NCBI GenBank assembly: GCA_040776945.1
Contig: JAXGZN010000002.1
Location: 704,001 to 768,000, forward strand
Source: Methanomassiliicoccaceae archaeon
GTDB lineage: Archaea > Thermoplasmatota > Thermoplasmata > Methanomassiliicoccales > Methanomassiliicoccaceae
DNA: 64,000 nucleotides
Direction of reading: 5' to 3'
The notes beneath the pieces were generated by a model that did no database searches, was not told the DNA's origin, and worked only from the letters and a program-made list of their open reading frames with translations. Positions 30,865 to 40,363 of the stretch are shown here, piece after piece (positions within the stretch are counted from its first letter, which is position 1; each line of letters opens with the position of its first letter). The position numbers and the translations under genes were made by a program.

Positions 30865-31272
30865 TGTGTTTCACCATTGTTGCGGGTCCATCCGAGGACG
30901 TGTATTAAACCTTGCTACGTTTGGGCGAAAAAAATGGTTGTTTCGTATTACTGGCTCGCCTTTATTGGTTACGGATATCCGTAAAGGGTAGGGGAATATG
31001 GCACCGAACAAGCACCCGGAAACAGGGACAAAGGAATCGAACGGCGCAGGAGTGGGTACGAGCAAACGACCGTTGGCGTAGGATCGGGAGAGGCAAAATC
31101 GCCGAGCCTTCGCTCCTTCTAAGATAAAATGGATTCTTTTTCTATTATTGTTTGTACTCTCTAGGCCCCCTGGCCGGCGGCGGCGATTTATCTGGATGGA
31201 TTGAAAGTAGCCGAGTTCAGCTGGGATCCAATTAGTAAAAAAAGGGTGGTTTTTCGGAGCTCGAGGAGGGCC

Positions 31273-31602
31273 TCAAGCTCGGGACCTCAAATGCTGTTGG
31301 CAGCGCTCGCACTTCGTCGGCGGGGGCTCGGGACCGTCCCGCTTGATGACCCAAAGATGGCCGCAGTGGGGGCACCCCCGGATACCGGCGTTGGCCAGGA
31401 GGGGGTCGTATCGGAACAACCCGTGGGGCTTGAACAGTCCGCCCTGGGCCTCCACCATGGCCAGGAGGCGGCCCAAGGGTGGCTGCTCGCCCTCGGGCAC
31501 CAGGAGGATGCCAACCTCCTCGTCGGCGGCGACAACCACGAGGACCGGGACCCTGTCCCTGATGACGATGGCATGACGATCCACGAGGCTAGAGGCTCCC
31601 AT
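31273..31602 (-). CDS. Zn-ribbon hypothetical protein
   Basis: CPHCGHLW...CERC; T-rich terminator-like tract follows on the minus strand (~31237-31243). Confidence 0.6.
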   Translation of the reverse strand: MGASSLVDRHAIVIRDRVPVLVVVAADEEVGILLVPEGEQPPLGRLLAMVEAQGGLFKPHGLFRYDPLLANAGIRGCPHCGHLWVIKRDGPEPPPTKCERCQQHLRSRA

Positions 31603-31689
31603 CGAGGCCTCCCCGGTAACGGCGGAAGGCCCAGGCAAGGTAGGCGAGGGCTACGATCAGCCCCCCGCCCAGGAGCGCGGACGTGGGGA

Positions 31690-32103
31690 TCAGGGAACCA
31701 CCGCCGCGAACTTGGCGTCCAGGGCTTCCAGGCGGACCCTCATGGGGTGCTCCCGGGGGACCTTGTGATTGACAACATCGAGGGGCAGGGGGTACATGTC
31801 CTCAATCCGGATGCCGGTGACCGCCGAGACCTCCTGGATGTAGGCTAGGCCCACCCAGGTCAGCCAGTAGGTGTCCGTCCGGGGGCGAGCATACTCCTTG
31901 ACATGGCTCCGTTGGTTGAACACCAGGCCGCGCTTCCTGCACTCGACGAGCGCCACCGAGATCCTGGCGGCGGATAGCCCCACCCTCTGGGAGATGCCGC
32001 TCTGCGTGGTCCCAAAGGGGGCCACATAATCATCGGCCCTCTCGAAGTACGGCACAAGGCTAGCCATCACTCGATGGCCGTTGGTCAAGGGGGTCGTACG
32101 CAT
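31690..32103 (-). CDS. Winged-helix DNA-binding protein
   Basis: PFGTTQSGISQRVGLSAARISVAL..RGLV..YWLT..G. Confidence 0.75.
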   Translation of the reverse strand: MRTTPLTNGHRVMASLVPYFERADDYVAPFGTTQSGISQRVGLSAARISVALVECRKRGLVFNQRSHVKEYARPRTDTYWLTWVGLAYIQEVSAVTGIRIEDMYPLPLDVVNHKVPREHPMRVRLEALDAKFAAVVP

Positions 32104-32282
32104 TATCGATCAGCCTCCGGTCCCCTGCACCTCCGGTTCCGGCAGGTAGCGCAGTTCAGGATCTTCCGTGCCGCGTCCACCGAGGGGGCCTCGGCCCACC
32201 GGTCCCGGGGGGCGCACTCGTAGTAGGACATTATCTCGGGCTCGAAGGCCTCGTCCAGTACCGTCTGCTGGGCCAGGGTCAC
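32103..32282 (-). CDS. Small Cys-containing protein, 59 aa
   Basis: Manual translation MTLAQQTVLDEAF...NCATCRNRRC; GTGA and TAATG overlaps with its neighbours. Confidence 0.55.
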   Translation of the reverse strand: MTLAQQTVLDEAFEPEIMSYYECAPRDRWAEAPSVDAARKILNCATCRNRRCRGPEADR

Positions 32283-32494
32283 TCCCTCCCCTTGGGCCGG
32301 TAGCCAGGCCCTCCCCGGGACTCGATGGCCCCCAGCTTGATGAGCTTCCGGACCCGGGCGGCGATGTGGCTCGGCGAGTCCCCGAGCCGATCGGCCATCT
32401 CCTGGTAGTCGATGCCCGGCTCCTCGTTGCGCAGCTTGACGATCGCGTCGTCGAGCTCCCTGAGGTCCCTTCCGGAAACGATCTCCGAGCTCAT
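32279..32494 (-). CDS. AsnC/Lrp-like HTH protein
   Basis: LDDAIVKL..IDYQEMADRLGDSPSHIAARVRKLIKLGAI. Confidence 0.75.
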   Translation of the reverse strand: MSSEIVSGRDLRELDDAIVKLRNEEPGIDYQEMADRLGDSPSHIAARVRKLIKLGAIESRGGPGYRPKGRE

Positions 32495-33123
32495 TGGGTA
32501 GCCTCCCGTCGAGGCTTGGCCAAAAGGGTATAGCTGGACAGCTCGAACGAGTACCCCAGCTTGGTCAGCTCGCGAATGATGGCGAGAGGGGAATCCTCCA
32601 CAACACTCAGGGATTCGGAGGCTTCAACGCCCGGCTCTAGCGGCCGGAAGTGCGTTCCTCGGTGGGCGGCGAGGCCCTGCCTCGTCGAGCAGACCTTGGA
32701 GCAACCGGGATGGTCGCATGGAAATGGGCCGTCGTCGGTCTCCGAAGAACGGTTCAACCCGGGGTGGGCCCTGCGGTGGTGGACGGTCACCCCCTGGAAG
32801 GAGTCGAACGTCTTGCCGCAGTTGGCGCACCTGTAGCCGTCCTCCCCCTTCAGCGCGAAAGGGTAACCGGGGCAGCTCTTCTGATGCTCCTCCAGGAACT
32901 TGACGGGGAGCCCGCACCCCGAGCAGATCCGGGTGCCTTTCTCCGAGGCTAACTTGACGGTCGGCGGCCTTGGTAATGGTTTTACGACCTTGAGGTCGAC
33001 CACCGGGATGGGGACGCCGGGAAGGGCCGAGCAGGAGAGATCCCTGAGATGCTGGATGTACTCCTCGCGAGAAGGGAAGTCGGTACCGCATCGCGAGCAG
33101 TGGGTATCGCAGTTCTTCATCAT
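32491..33123 (-). CDS. Multi-zinc-finger protein (C2H2/C2HC type)
   Basis: Four fingers including YRCANCGKTFDSFQGVTVHHRRAH and FPCDHPGCSKVCSTRQGLAAHRGTH; ATGA-coupled start. Confidence 0.8.
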   Translation of the reverse strand: MMKNCDTHCSRCGTDFPSREEYIQHLRDLSCSALPGVPIPVVDLKVVKPLPRPPTVKLASEKGTRICSGCGLPVKFLEEHQKSCPGYPFALKGEDGYRCANCGKTFDSFQGVTVHHRRAHPGLNRSSETDDGPFPCDHPGCSKVCSTRQGLAAHRGTHFRPLEPGVEASESLSVVEDSPLAIIRELTKLGYSFELSSYTLLAKPRREATQ

Positions 33124-33413
33124 CGGTCCCCCTCCTGGGAACCCTTGCTCCGAGCCCAATTGACGAACTGGTTGAGGTTCCCGAGATGGAACATCTGGGT
33201 GGGGTAGGCCCGGTTGGATAGGCTCTTGCGGTACGCCTCGATCTCCGCCTCCCCGAACTTGGCTGGATCTTCGGGCCAATTGTGGTCCCTTGCGTAGGCC
33301 ATGGCCGCCCTGGTCATGTTCATCTTCTTGGCGATGGTCTTGGGCATGAGGCCGCGTTCGCGCAGCCGAGCCTCCCAGAGCGCCAAGATCGTGTCGTCCT
33401 TGCTGGTGCTCAT
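33120..33413 (-). CDS. Stand-alone integrase N-terminal (SAM-like/core-binding) domain protein
   Basis: DPAKFGEAEIEAYRKSL aligns by eye with the integrase segment TPKKVGEEQIDLLRNEL; GGAGG RBS. Confidence 0.6.
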   Translation of the reverse strand: MSTSKDDTILALWEARLRERGLMPKTIAKKMNMTRAAMAYARDHNWPEDPAKFGEAEIEAYRKSLSNRAYPTQMFHLGNLNQFVNWARSKGSQEGDR

Positions 33414-33570
33414 ATCCGAGCCTCCAGCGTTCCTACCGACATGGCCGATTCTTCGTTGTTCATCCTCCCTTCCACGCACCGTTCTTTCGGTACTCTTGGA
33501 TATTGTGTAATGATCGATCTTATCTGATTGCCACCAGTCCCTTCTAGAGTTTTGAGAAAAGAGATCCCGC

Positions 33571-33804
33571 TCAGGCGATCACCGTCGGGGCGAGGAGACG
33601 GTTAAGGGAATGCGCCCTCCCCTCAAACCTCTCCTGAGCGTCCGAGCACTCAGCCTTCAACGCCCATAGGATCATCGTGGGCGTCTCCGGGTCGTCGAGA
33701 AGCTCGGAGACGCCGCAACGGCACCCCTGATCATCAGTGATACCGTGGGCGCAGAACACGCATTTGTTCACGTAATCCTGGCGGTCGCTCAGCGCCGTCC
33801 ACAT
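33571..33804 (-). CDS. Small Cys-rich hypothetical protein
   Basis: CVFCAHG..CRC..C; purine-rich RBS. Confidence 0.55.
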   Translation of the reverse strand: MWTALSDRQDYVNKCVFCAHGITDDQGCRCGVSELLDDPETPTMILWALKAECSDAQERFEGRAHSLNRLLAPTVIA

Positions 33805-34163
33805 CCCCCCGTCCTTCCTTTCGCTATGACTACGTCTGGCTCCTTTACTTGGTTGCACATAACCGTTGCCTCCGGTCGCCCCCACGAGGGGGCGGAGATG
33901 TGATAAAAGTATTAGTTTTAAGAGTTTGCGTTATGTTGTGAGAATTGAGATACCCGGATGAATGTAGACCCAAATTGAAGGGCCTTGACCCAGAATCATT
34001 CCAAACCGATCTTCCGTTCTTCACCTAGTGTTGCTGCCTTCTCCCTCTTTGGAATAAGTGAAGAAGAAATATCACGATTTTCAGTGAGTCATGTCCAATT
34101 CGATGAGTGGAGGTCCAGCTGGGAGACGGGCCCGAGGCTTCCAGTAGCAAGGACAGAAGATGC

Positions 34164-34895
34164 CTAATCTACTGGCGGTTCGGGTAAATCGGTCTCCTTT
34201 GCTGCGTACTTTGAGAAGTAGTTCATAGCCAATAGCGTAAAACGAGAAGAATGAACATTTTTCAGTGCATCCCTGCAAAACAGCTTGGCGTTTATCCAGT
34301 CGCCATATATCTTTACCAGGGGTTTGTGATCGCCGTTCATTATGTGAATAGCGAAGCGGTCGCGACCTTTATCCGTCTCATATATCTGAATTTGAGCTAT
34401 GTTGGACCATCTGATGAACTGGTTCGTAGTTCGGCCTTTCGCGTCCAATAATCTTAGCTCTATTCCGGCGTTGGTGACGAAGACTAGTTGGTTCATCCAG
34501 GTGAGCATGTAGAGGACATAAAGGCCGGTGAAAATTACCCACATGGCTATCAAGAATTCGGCAGCCGGGACCAGTGTTGCATCGATCGTGTTAGTGGCCA
34601 GGCCCCCTAGGAAGATCAAAATGATGAGGGATGAAAAGAAGGCAAACAAAAAGATGAATGCGAAGACCTCGTATGGGTTCTGCTTGTCGGTCTCGAACAC
34701 AACATATTGACCCTTCTGGTAAGCTTCCTTTCTAACGTTCTTCACCCCGCTCGCGTAGCTGAAATTTGCTTTATACGCGATAGGGTCGATTATGAGATAG
34801 ACCACTAGGCTTAAGGATAAAATCAAGACGGCCAGATAGGCCACTGCATCCCCGATGCTTATGCTATCACCTCTTCCAGATATCAAACCGTTCAA
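34164..34895 (-). CDS. Membrane protein with PH-like domain
   Basis: 3 TM helices then VTNAGIE..FIRWSNI. Confidence 0.7.
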   Translation of the reverse strand: MNGLISGRGDSISIGDAVAYLAVLILSLSLVVYLIIDPIAYKANFSYASGVKNVRKEAYQKGQYVVFETDKQNPYEVFAFIFLFAFFSSLIILIFLGGLATNTIDATLVPAAEFLIAMWVIFTGLYVLYMLTWMNQLVFVTNAGIELRLLDAKGRTTNQFIRWSNIAQIQIYETDKGRDRFAIHIMNGDHKPLVKIYGDWINAKLFCRDALKNVHSSRFTLLAMNYFSKYAAKETDLPEPPVD

Positions 34896-35060
34896 ATATA
34901 TTTCTTATGGAACAAGAAATTCGTCTCATTCCCAACTTAAGAATCTTTATCTAGCATCATCGGGAGAATCGGATAAAAGCTACGTCCAGTATTGGGAAAT
35001 GACCTAATTATCAGAATAGCTATTATATTTTTTAATTGTATTGCTGCCGAGAACATAGCC

Positions 35061-35510
35061 ATGAATGCAGATCGTATCATTATGAGGCCCGCCCTGTGGG
35101 TTAGATTGATCTATGTATCAGGTGTAGCTTTTTGGATGACGCTAATAATAATCGGCTATATGGCCAATGCGGTTTCTGATTCCTCGATGTGGGTCATCTT
35201 GATCGCGATTCTCGTTATGTTCCTCGTTCCAACCCTAGAGGCGAACCTCATGTGGTTTGCCTGTGATGAGGAGGGCATTGAGGAACACAACCCATTCCGT
35301 AAGGCAGTCTTCATCCGGTGGGAGGAAATCAGCGCGATTAATCGCATTCCGATGCATAATGGATTAAAAGCATGGAGGATAGAGTCCACCGGAAGTAATA
35401 TTGACGTAGAAGAAAAAATCACTAGCTTTAGCGAACTAAAAAACCATATTATGAGAAAAGTTCCCATGGATAAATGGGTTAACACAGGTTTCGGCCAAGA
35501 CAATGTTTAA
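35061..35510 (+). CDS. 2TM + PH-like domain protein
   Basis: DEEGIE..FIRWEEI..RKVPMDKW. Confidence 0.75.
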   Translation: MNADRIIMRPALWVRLIYVSGVAFWMTLIIIGYMANAVSDSSMWVILIAILVMFLVPTLEANLMWFACDEEGIEEHNPFRKAVFIRWEEISAINRIPMHNGLKAWRIESTGSNIDVEEKITSFSELKNHIMRKVPMDKWVNTGFGQDNV

Positions 35511-35685
35511 CAGAATTGACTGGTCGATGAAAACCTACACGAGTTTAGATCGGGCAGTAGATGGGCTGGAACATATTGATGAAGAGAGCTAAGAACCAGA
35601 AAATCGACTTGATACATATTCTTCTGAATTAAAACTCGATGAGCCAGATGTATCAGTGGATTGTGCGGGTTGCTCGAGTTACGAC

Positions 35686-36390
35686 TTAGACGATCTTCGC
35701 CTCCACCTTGTTCGCCAGATCGATTAGGAGCTCGTTCGGTAGGATATCATAGGCCCATGCGTGATGGTACGCGATCATGCAGACAACGTTCCTGTCGACG
35801 AAGAACAACCACTTCGCCTCATGCCCAAGGGTGATGTGGGGTCCGTCGAGTATTATCCCTCCATCGCCCACGCTGACGTTGGCAATGATGATCGGAATCT
35901 CTGGTAATACGTCCGGGGTACCTTGGTACGGCCTGTCCGCCACTGCTGTTTTATTGTAGTAAGCCATGGCATCCTCGGTCGTGTCGAGCACAATTACGCC
36001 GATATCGACCTGATACTCCAAATGGCCGGTTGAGTTGAGCTTTTCGAACGTCACTCCGGCAACACTGGTAATCGACGCGTTCATCGGCTCATAGTCCAGG
36101 TTGATGTCAAAATCCGAAGCGAGCCAGTCGGCGCCCATGTCGCTTCCGTTGAGGATGAACTCGGAGGCTACGCCGCTGACCAGCTTGTCCTCCTCCACCT
36201 CGTCCGATGTGTTAACATCGCCCTCATTTTCGTCTTTGTCCTCATTTCCGCCTTCAGGCGCTTTTCCAGGCGATGACAGCGCAAACGCTACCACTATTAC
36301 TACGACCACGAGAACGGCCGACAAAGCGACCAAGATCTTGCCTCTCTGCTTGATACGCTCAGGTTTGCTTCCATTCGACCCATCGATCAT
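35686..36390 (-). CDS. Membrane-anchored surface protein (PknH/PsbP-like extracellular fold suspected)
   Basis: N-terminal TM, acidic linker, TTEDAMAYY..VGDG..RNVV..LANKVEAKI. Confidence 0.65.
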   Translation of the reverse strand: MIDGSNGSKPERIKQRGKILVALSAVLVVVVIVVAFALSSPGKAPEGGNEDKDENEGDVNTSDEVEEDKLVSGVASEFILNGSDMGADWLASDFDINLDYEPMNASITSVAGVTFEKLNSTGHLEYQVDIGVIVLDTTEDAMAYYNKTAVADRPYQGTPDVLPEIPIIIANVSVGDGGIILDGPHITLGHEAKWLFFVDRNVVCMIAYHHAWAYDILPNELLIDLANKVEAKIV

Positions 36391-36621
36391 TGACTCAGCA
36401 CGATGACCTGAAAATATTATAGCATATAAGTAAATTTATTAAGAGATATATTTTAATAAAATACTCAACGGCCAGATGCCAGAAAAGGCTAGAGCTTTGC
36501 CCTCTTGTTGGGCCCAAATAGGTGATGGAAAAGTAAGCCAGTTCTCCAGATGTGTGCAAAGCCATCAAAACCGTCTTTAATTATTATCTCATTACGGGTA
36601 TCATATCCTCTGAGGATCACA

Positions 36622-37260
36622 ATGAAGTCCTACTCTTTTTCACATTACTTCAAGGGCCTGAAGTCCAGGGAGGTCTCGCAGGGCATCTTAAAATGGCTAG
36701 CCACCGAGGGGAGCAAAGTCAAGACTGTCGATGATGGCCACATCCGCGCAATTCATGGAAAGGGCTGGATCATGGTCCAAGATAGGAATGCCAAGAAGAT
36801 CATGAACATCTTCTTGCTGGAAAAGCCCGAGGGAGTGGATGTGGTAGCTCAGGTCAAGCCCTCCTTGGGCTACTTCGATGATGCTCCGAGGTGCGAAAAG
36901 GAGATCGAAGCGTCATGGTCCGCCCTTCTGCAAGAGCTATGGGCGACGGTCGAGGGGGGCGAGCTGGCCGCGAGAACCCTTCAGCCGATAAGCGAGCTCA
37001 AGGAGAAGGCGGAAGCTAGGAAGAGGAAATCAAAGCGCTCTATCATCTGGGGGATGCTAATCAATCTAGTATGGATTGGAATTCTCGCGTCGATCATAGG
37101 GCTCTTCGGCTACCAATCTCACAATGGGACCATAGCCATCATGGCCGTGCTAGGTCCGCTAATGGCCCTTGGCATCAGCATGGCCTTGTGGGGGTTCGCG
37201 CATTACCTGACCGATGTAAACGAGCTGAGGCGGGTCGAGCGGATGGAGAGGGGTGGCTAG
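36622..37260 (+). CDS. Membrane protein with two C-terminal TM helices
   Basis: Soluble N-domain, basic stretch, two hydrophobic helices. Confidence 0.7.
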   Translation: MKSYSFSHYFKGLKSREVSQGILKWLATEGSKVKTVDDGHIRAIHGKGWIMVQDRNAKKIMNIFLLEKPEGVDVVAQVKPSLGYFDDAPRCEKEIEASWSALLQELWATVEGGELAARTLQPISELKEKAEARKRKSKRSIIWGMLINLVWIGILASIIGLFGYQSHNGTIAIMAVLGPLMALGISMALWGFAHYLTDVNELRRVERMERGG

Positions 37261-37319
37261 GTGTAGAGCAAATCTGATTGCGCGTCCGTAGCGAGGTTAC
37301 GATCAGATTGAAAGCGCAG

Positions 37320-38450
37320 TTATTGACGTTGATTCATGATGTACATCTTGGCTCTCGACCAGACCTCCGGTGGCAATTTGGCAACGACCATCTGGGCGAA
37401 CTGGGCCATCCCATCCAGATCACTTGTAAGCTCTATCTTCTTATTTGCCCCGTAGACCCGGAACGCGCCCCCGTACTTATTCCGAGCATACCTTACAGAT
37501 TCGACCTCGTTCCATGGAATGAATACCTTTGATAGGTGGAATCTATGCCGCTCGATACCCTCATCGCTCAATACGTAATAGGAAAGGAAAACCTCCGCTA
37601 ACATGAGGATCGGTAAAAGCATGAACGCTACCGCGACCACCTGCGTCCATAGGACCGTCTCGTCAGGCCACCAGAAGAACGTGTAGAAAAGAAGTGGAAT
37701 GAACACAGCGGCCAGGATTATGGTTATCGCCTTTGCCATTTTAGAGTAGCCGAGTCGAGTCACCCCCATCTTTATTGGTTCTACCCGATTGGAATGCATC
37801 TCAGGTTTTGAGATGAACAAAGATGCTTCCTTGCTCATGATCGAAAAAGGAACCTTCGAGCGAATGATCTGGAAGAACGCTTCAAGATTTTCCATGTTGT
37901 CCGCTATTTTTATTCGTGACTTGGCGCTATCAATAACCAGGGAGTGGCCGTTATAGAACAGGTCTGTCGCTGAGGACCCATGACCCATATCCAGCTTGGT
38001 GATATCGGACCAACGGATCGACCTGACGACCTTGTGCCTCTTCCGATTGAGCCTCACAGAGAAGATGCCCTCATCCGTAGCGATGAACAGCGTTCGGACC
38101 CACAGGGTGACCGCTACTTTTAGCCATATCGAGAGGCCGAAAAAGATGAAGAAGATGCCTAGGGCGTCGATTATGCCATCAAAGCTCACTTGTTCTGGCA
38201 GAATGGACAGAGGGAGTAAGGTAGCTATGCAAGCAAATGTTATTGGGAGTATCTGTAACACCATAGCACCGCGCTTACCCTCCGAATAGAGAAGCACGGG
38301 CTTGTGACCGCTGGTGCTCAAGAAATCATCTGATACTCTCGCTATTTTCCGTTCTCGTCCCCTGAGCTCCAGGACACATAAGGACACGAAAATACACCAG
38401 ATGGTCAAAAGGAAGATGACGGCCAAGCCCAGCGCGATGGCTTTTTCCAC
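37320..38450 (-). CDS. Membrane protein with two tandem TM+PH-like modules
   Basis: TDEGI..SIRWSDI..SKVP and SDEGIE..FIPWNEV..AKLPPEVW. Confidence 0.75.
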   Translation of the reverse strand: MEKAIALGLAVIFLLTIWCIFVSLCVLELRGRERKIARVSDDFLSTSGHKPVLLYSEGKRGAMVLQILPITFACIATLLPLSILPEQVSFDGIIDALGIFFIFFGLSIWLKVAVTLWVRTLFIATDEGIFSVRLNRKRHKVVRSIRWSDITKLDMGHGSSATDLFYNGHSLVIDSAKSRIKIADNMENLEAFFQIIRSKVPFSIMSKEASLFISKPEMHSNRVEPIKMGVTRLGYSKMAKAITIILAAVFIPLLFYTFFWWPDETVLWTQVVAVAFMLLPILMLAEVFLSYYVLSDEGIERHRFHLSKVFIPWNEVESVRYARNKYGGAFRVYGANKKIELTSDLDGMAQFAQMVVAKLPPEVWSRAKMYIMNQRQ

Positions 38451-38615
38451 CCACTAACCTCGAACGGATGATGGTAAGGAAAAATAAAAACCTTGGTCAC
38501 TGAGGTCGCTACAGCTTTGAGGGCATCGACGCTTCGACATAAATAGAACGATGAATTGCTAGATAGCCTTCTCGTTGGGAAAAGCCCTGGTCACAATATA
38601 TTTTATAAAAAATGA

Positions 38616-39251
38616 ATGTTTACTCATCCGGGGATTAGGGAAGTGGATCGGTTATTAGTCGCAGAGCTCGCGATCGCTTTCTTCATCGGGAGCGCAATCT
38701 TGCTGTTCGCAGCATCGGTCCTCGAACTCCGCTCACAACGCGCTTGGGTCAAGAGCGTCCAGGGCGGAGATGCGAGCTCGGGCGGGCAGAGACGGGTCGC
38801 AGTGTACTTCGAAGTGGGAAACTTGCAGGTAGCCTTCCAGATGCTCCCCGTCCTGATCATTGGGCCTATCCTGCCCTTCGTCCTATACGCCTACCTCGGC
38901 GAAGGCTATGAGACCAGTACTAACGACCTGCTCGCCATCGCTGGATTATACATCGTGCTCGGGTTAGGAGCGAAGGCCATAGTCACCCGCTACATCCGGC
39001 GAGGCTCCTTCGTCGCCTCGGATGATGGGATCGAAGTGGTAAAGGTCAAGAGGGGAAGGTGCTCGACCGTCAAATCCATCAAGTGGAAGGACGTAACGAA
39101 GGTAGACCTCTACGAAATCATTCCAGACGGCATGGGTATCGACGCCGCAGGAAAGCGAATTATCGTACCGTACAACATGGAGAATCTCGAGCCCCTGTTC
39201 GAGATTATGCGCCGAAAGGTCCCCAAGGATGTCATCAGAAAGGGCGCGTAG
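38616..39251 (+). CDS. TM+PH-like protein, N-half of a gene continued in frame past TAG
   Basis: SDDGIE..SIKWKDV..NMENLE..RKVP; paralog of the N-half of 37320-38450. Confidence 0.7.
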   Translation: MFTHPGIREVDRLLVAELAIAFFIGSAILLFAASVLELRSQRAWVKSVQGGDASSGGQRRVAVYFEVGNLQVAFQMLPVLIIGPILPFVLYAYLGEGYETSTNDLLAIAGLYIVLGLGAKAIVTRYIRRGSFVASDDGIEVVKVKRGRCSTVKSIKWKDVTKVDLYEIIPDGMGIDAAGKRIIVPYNMENLEPLFEIMRRKVPKDVIRKGA

Positions 39252-39290
39252 GAGTTCATCTCGAAACCTAAGCAGTCAGCGATTCATCCA

Positions 39291-39797
39291 TTGCCAGCAA
39301 GGGCCCTCGTCCCCGGAGATGCTGATAACGGTCGCAGGCTGACCTATTCGCTGTTCATGAGGGGCTTCTTCTCTTTAATGATGGCCATCGGTTTCGTATT
39401 GATTCTCTTCTCGTACCTATATTCCCCTCGGAACCCATCGGTCCCGGACCTGATACCGTACTCGATTCTCATCGGGCTGAGCCTGGTATTCAGTACATTC
39501 ATCCTGAAGCTCTTCTTCTCCTATTTCATTGTCAATGACCAAGGCATCGAGAGGAAGGCGTTCTGGGCCAGGAGGAAGTTCATCCCCTGGAGCGAGGTCG
39601 ACTCGATCATATATGTCTGGGGAAGGCGCAGGAGCGAGTACCAGGTGAGGGGAGCCGGCAAGATGTTCGCGCTTTCCACAGGGCTTGTTGGGCTGTCATC
39701 TTTTGGCAGGATGGTGGTGGCCAAAGTGCCCCCGGATAGATGGACCAAATCGAAGAGGGAGATTCTCAACATGGTCGAGAGAGAGGAGAACAACTAG
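39291..39797 (+). CDS. 2TM+PH-like protein, C-half in the same frame as 38616-39251
   Basis: NDQGIER..FIPWSEV..MVVAKVPPDRW; paralog of the C-half of 37320-38450. Confidence 0.7.
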   Translation: MPARALVPGDADNGRRLTYSLFMRGFFSLMMAIGFVLILFSYLYSPRNPSVPDLIPYSILIGLSLVFSTFILKLFFSYFIVNDQGIERKAFWARRKFIPWSEVDSIIYVWGRRRSEYQVRGAGKMFALSTGLVGLSSFGRMVVAKVPPDRWTKSKREILNMVEREENN

Positions 39798-39919
39798 CCC
39801 GCTCATTTGATGTTTATCTGTGCAGAGCACAATACAGCCAAAAATCGTTATCTCAATAGGCGCCCAGTTTTAATTAGGCAACATCATGCTACCCCATAAA
39901 GATTCATGGGCGGATTATT

Positions 39920-40363
39920 ATGCAAGTGAACGATGGCGCTGTTCTTAGGTACAAACTTTGGATGAGGCTCTTCCTCATCTTTGGAGTCATAATGTGGGTG
40001 GGGATACTCGCCCTCATCCTTACAGGCTCCGACAGAAGCCTAGACCTGGCAGCCTTGATCATTGTGCTTTTCCTCCTGCCGACCTTCGTCGCGGCTCTCA
40101 GCGTAAACCTCTCGTGGCTAGGTTACGATGCTCAGGGCATAGAGCAGCATGCCCTCATCCGTCGACCGGTCCAGATCGGCTGGGTCGAGATTACTGGTGT
40201 CAAGATGGCAACCGTGAGGCGGGATCGAAGACAAGACCAAAGGTTCTTGATGGTCGTAGCTCCAGGGAGGCGGATAACAACCTCAGGCCAATATAACGGA
40301 TTTGAAGAGCTTGTAAATGAGATCGAAAGAAAGGTCCCCGCCGACAGATGGGAAAAACAGTAG
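39920..40363 (+). CDS. 2TM + PH-like domain protein
   Basis: DAQGIE..IGWVEI..RKVPADRW. Confidence 0.75.
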   Translation: MQVNDGAVLRYKLWMRLFLIFGVIMWVGILALILTGSDRSLDLAALIIVLFLLPTFVAALSVNLSWLGYDAQGIEQHALIRRPVQIGWVEITGVKMATVRRDRRQDQRFLMVVAPGRRITTSGQYNGFEELVNEIERKVPADRWEKQ

